Shown here piece after piece: positions 61,329 to 64,000 of a DNA stretch of 64,000 nucleotides. The DNA lies in NCBI GenBank assembly GCA_965248805.1, contig CBDFKJ010000009.1:1734297-1798296 (forward strand). Direction: 5' to 3'. A program made the position numbers and the translations under genes. Each line of letters begins with the position of its first letter. Position 1 is the stretch's first letter. The DNA comes from Alphaproteobacteria bacterium. Lineage in GTDB: Bacteria; Pseudomonadota; Alphaproteobacteria; UBA6615. The notes beneath the pieces are model-generated. The model was not told where the DNA came from and did no database searches. It saw only the letters and a list, made by a program, of their open reading frames with translations.

Positions 61329-62402
61329 TTACGGATCGAGAGACCCATTTCCAAAGCTTACAAGGATGCGGGCGTCGATATTGCGGCTGGCAACGCACTG
61401 GTCGACGCCATCAAGCCGCTGGCGCGCGCCACAAGCCGGCCAGGCGCCGATGGTGATCTCGGCGGCTTCGGCGGGCTGTTCGATCTCAAGGCGCTCGACT
61501 ATCGCGATCCGCTCCTCGTGTCGGCGACCGACGGCGTCGGCACCAAGCTCAAGCTGGCGATCGACTGCGGCCGTCACGACACGATCGGCATCGATCTCGT
61601 GGCTATGTGCGTCAATGATCTGGCGGTCCATGGTGCGGAGCCGCTGTTTTTCCTGGACTATTTTGCCACCGCGCAACTCGACGCCGCGGTGGCGCGGTCG
61701 GTGATCGCGGGCATTGCGGACGGATGCAAATCCGCGGAATGCGCCCTGATCGGCGGCGAAACTGCCGAGATGCCGGGACTGTACCGCGCCGGCGACTATG
61801 ACCTCGCGGGCTTCGCCGTCGGCATCGTCGAGCGCGAGAACCTGCTGCCCGACCGGGCGGCGATTTCGCCCGGCGACATGGTGCTCGGGCTGGCGTCCGA
61901 CGGTGTCCACGCCAACGGCTTCGCGCTGGTCCGGCGGGTGCTGGAGAAGACGGGCGCCGACCTCGGCGAGCCCGCGCCCTTCGCGAGTTCCATTCCGCTG
62001 GCCGACGCCCTGCTGTGCCCGACCCGCATTTATGTCAGCGCCTGCGCGCGGGCTCGGCACGCGGTCAAGGCGTTCGCGCATATCACCGGCGGCGGCATCG
62101 TCGAGAACCTCGAACGCGTGCTCCCGGCCGGAACCCGCGCCCGCATCGACGGTGCGCGCTGGCCAAGTCAGCCAGTATTCCGCTGGCTGCAGCGCAGCGG
62201 CGGCATTGACCCGGCGGAGATGTTCCGGACATTCAACTGCGGCATCGGCATGGCCATCATCGCCGCACCGAACGCCGCGGCGGAGCTGCGCGAGCAGTTG
62301 AACGCTGCCGGCGAGACAGTGCACGTGATCGGCGAGATCGTCGCCGGCGCGGAACCGCCGACAGTAGTGGTTCAGGATATGGACGCGCCGTGGCGCGCAT
62401 GA
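61329..62402 (+). CDS. purM: phosphoribosylformylglycinamidine cyclo-ligase (AIR synthetase); start codon uncertain
   Basis: ...[16 protein letters not shown]...GGFGGLFDL...[10 protein letters not shown]... is canonical PurM. No ATG, GTG or TTG lies just upstream of the conserved N-terminus. The ORF-track start at 60846 is far too early. Confidence 0.8.
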   Translation, partial: LRIERPISKAYKDAGVDIAAGNALVDAIKPLARATSRPGADGDLGGFGGLFDLKALDYRDPLLVSATDGVGTKLKLAIDCGRHDTIGIDLVAMCVNDLAVHGAEPLFFLDYFATAQLDAAVARSVIAGIADGCKSAECALIGGETAEMPGLYRAGDYDLAGFAVGIVERENLLPDRAAISPGDMVLGLASDGVHANGFALVRRVLEKTGADLGEPAPFASSIPLADALLCPTRIYVSACARARHAVKAFAHITGGGIVENLERVLPAGTRARIDGARWPSQPVFRWLQRSGGIDPAEMFRTFNCGIGMAIIAAPNAAAELREQLNAAGETVHVIGEIVAGAEPPTVVVQDMDAPWRA

Positions 62403-63025
62403 GGCTCGGCGTCCTGATTTCCGGGCGCGGCTCCAACCTGCAGGCGCTCACCGAGGCGGCGCCCGATCCGTCCTACCCCGCCGAGGTCGCATTGGTCATC
62501 TCCAATAAGGCGGATGCGCCGGGACTGCGCCTAGCTGACTCAGCGGGCATCGCCTGCGAGACCGTCTCGCATGGTGATTTTGCCGATCGCGGCGGCTTCG
62601 ACCAAGCACTCGACCGTTCGCTGCGTGCGGCGGACATCGAACTCGTGTGTCTAGCCGGGTTCATGCGCGTGCTCACGCCCGGCTTCTGCCAAGCCTGGCA
62701 CGACCGCCTGATCAATATCCATCCGTCGCTGCTGCCGGCGTTTCCTGGCTTGAACGCCCAGGCGCAGGCGATTGCCGCCGGTGTGCGCATTTCCGGCTGC
62801 ACCGTGCACTTCGTGCGCGCGGCCGTAGACAGCGGCCCGATCATCACCCAGGCGGTTGTGCCGGTCCTACCGGGCGACGATGCGTCGGCACTGTCGGCGC
62901 GCATACTCCGGATGGAGCACCGTCTGTACCCACTGGCCGTGCGTCTGATTGCCGAGGGGCACGTGCGGGTCGCGGGCGACCGGGTCGAGGTTGAAGGCGG
63001 CGACGGGGCGCTGGGCGTCGCCTGA
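62399..63025 (+). CDS. purN: phosphoribosylglycinamide formyltransferase
   Basis: [16 protein letters not shown]...[10 protein letters not shown] folate-binding motifs. Overlaps the purM stop by 4 nt. Confidence 0.85.
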   Translation: MRLGVLISGRGSNLQALTEAAPDPSYPAEVALVISNKADAPGLRLADSAGIACETVSHGDFADRGGFDQALDRSLRAADIELVCLAGFMRVLTPGFCQAWHDRLINIHPSLLPAFPGLNAQAQAIAAGVRISGCTVHFVRAAVDSGPIITQAVVPVLPGDDASALSARILRMEHRLYPLAVRLIAEGHVRVAGDRVEVEGGDGALGVA

Positions 63026-63030
63026 CGGGT

Positions 63031-63609
63031 TCAGGCGCCGTGACCGCCGGGCGCCTCGGTCGGCAGCTTGCGCTTCTCCCAGGCATCGATACCGCCGCGG
63101 ATGTGGCAGGCCGACGTCAGCCCGGGCTCTTGCGCCGCCTGCACGGCCATCGCCGAGCGCTCACCGTAGGCGCAATAAAGCACCAGCCGTCTTCCGGTCG
63201 ACGCTGCCAGCGCGTGCAACAGGCCACCCTCGTGGACGTGTTCGTCGAGGTCGGTGTAGGGAGCATGCACCGAACCCGCGATCACGCCGCGGCGATCGCG
63301 CTCGGCGTTGTCGCGCAGGTCGACCAACACGACGTCCGGGCTGGCGAGAAGCGCCTGGGCCTCGTCGCAGGTCAATGACCAGCCACGCGCCTCGGTCTCG
63401 TCCTGGCTGAGCCCGACCTTTAGATTTGCCGGCACGGCCACATCCATCATCATCGGATTGGGCAGGTCGAGGCTGTCCATCATGGCGACATACTCTTCGA
63501 CGGATGCAATCTGAAGCCGCGGATTGAAGGCCGTTTCCTCGGCGATCGAAGACACCGTGTCGCCTTTGTAGTCATGCGCTGGGTAGACGAGCGTCTCATC
63601 GGGCAACCT
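63031..63609 (-). pseudogene. persulfide dioxygenase (ETHE1-like MBL fold) + rhodanese fusion protein, 3' two-thirds only; 5' end replaced by an IS5-family copy
   Basis: ...LVYPAHDYKG...SIAEE..FNPRL is the C-terminal end of the ETHE1/PDO domain. Then a rhodanese domain (LVDLRDNAERDRRGVIAGSVHAP...LYCAYGERS). The frame enters the IS end at 63610. Confidence 0.6.
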
Positions 63610-64000
63610 GGAGACCTCCAACAACCGGGGGATTTGACGAAGATTTTGGTGTGCTGTCCGACTTTCGCTGAGATCGGCGGTGTTGACGTCCGCAACCATC
63701 CGCCGTTTCGTTCTCGGCGGAGGGTTTTGGCGCTATTCAGGCGGACTCATACCATGGCGGCCCTGCGCTCATGGAAGATCAGACGCTGGAAATTGTAAGC
63801 CAGGTTGGCGAGGCCGATCTTGGCCTCCGCCCGCTTGAGCCCGATGGTACGGATGAAAAGGCCCATGCGATCCTTCTGCTGGGCGAAGACGTGCTCCACA
63901 TGCGCACGGACCGCTGACTTGCGGGCATTGGCCTGGGCGGTCGCCTTGGGCATGGCCCGGCCCGGCGGCTTCTTGCGGTGGATGTGGGAGACCCGACCCT
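63610..64000 (-). mobile_element. IS5-family IS copy 5, cut by the window end
   Basis: Starts with GGAGACCTCCAACAACCGG. Carries the C-terminal 68 codons of the transposase (63747..63953) and continues past the window. Confidence 0.8.

Noticed and set aside
61329-62324. 331-aa minus-strand ORF inside purM
   Set aside because: Antisense of purM.
1-64000. CRISPR arrays, rRNA genes, integrase/recombinase genes, toxin-antitoxin pairs
   Set aside because: None seen. The only short tandem repeat is the coding 18-mer at 29232-29303. All other long repeats are explained by IS copies.

Overview
High-GC (about 63-65%) alphaproteobacterial chromosome segment, Bradyrhizobium/Rhodopseudomonas-like by gene content and IS repertoire, with unusually dense insertion-sequence colonisation.

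Core genes that read cleanly: a 5'-partial AAA+ ATPase gene; a ligD-ku NHEJ operon with a BRCT+TPR gene immediately downstream; an alpha/beta hydrolase; a disulfide oxidoreductase divergent from a secreted tandem cytochrome-P460-like dihaem protein; TadG/TadE-like genes; an MFS transporter; a beta-propeller protein; a cyclic amidohydrolase; and, at the right end, a conserved housekeeping block (aspS, rnd, ppx/gppA, hda, AI-2E transporter, pgsA-like, DUF2066, purM, purN).

The middle of the window is an exopolysaccharide locus: exoP/wzc-like, wza-like, wzx-like, a phosphodiesterase-like gene, a Tat-secreted beta-helix protein, GT2, wzy-like and GT4. Several of these genes are broken by IS insertions or frameshifts. 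Part of the locus is bracketed by two direct copies of a 1.46-kb IS1182-like element.

I count at least 18 IS copies or fragments from about 8 types: IS630/RS-alpha-like x3 (CTAG targets); 1.29-kb IS5-family x5 (one cut by the window end); IS1182-like x4 plus one fragment; IS3 x1; IS1380 x1; IS1595 type 1 x2; IS1595 type 2 x1; IS427-group x1. Several are nested insertions, and some junctions lack target-site duplications, implying IS-mediated deletions.

A tRNA-Leu(CAA) is followed by a low-GC islet carrying a TIGR02466-like gene. No CRISPR array, rRNA gene or integrase was found.

The most novel-looking candidates are the BRCT-TPR gene attached to ligD-ku and the tandem P460 cytochrome. All family assignments are from reading the translated sequences by eye; nothing was searched or computed.
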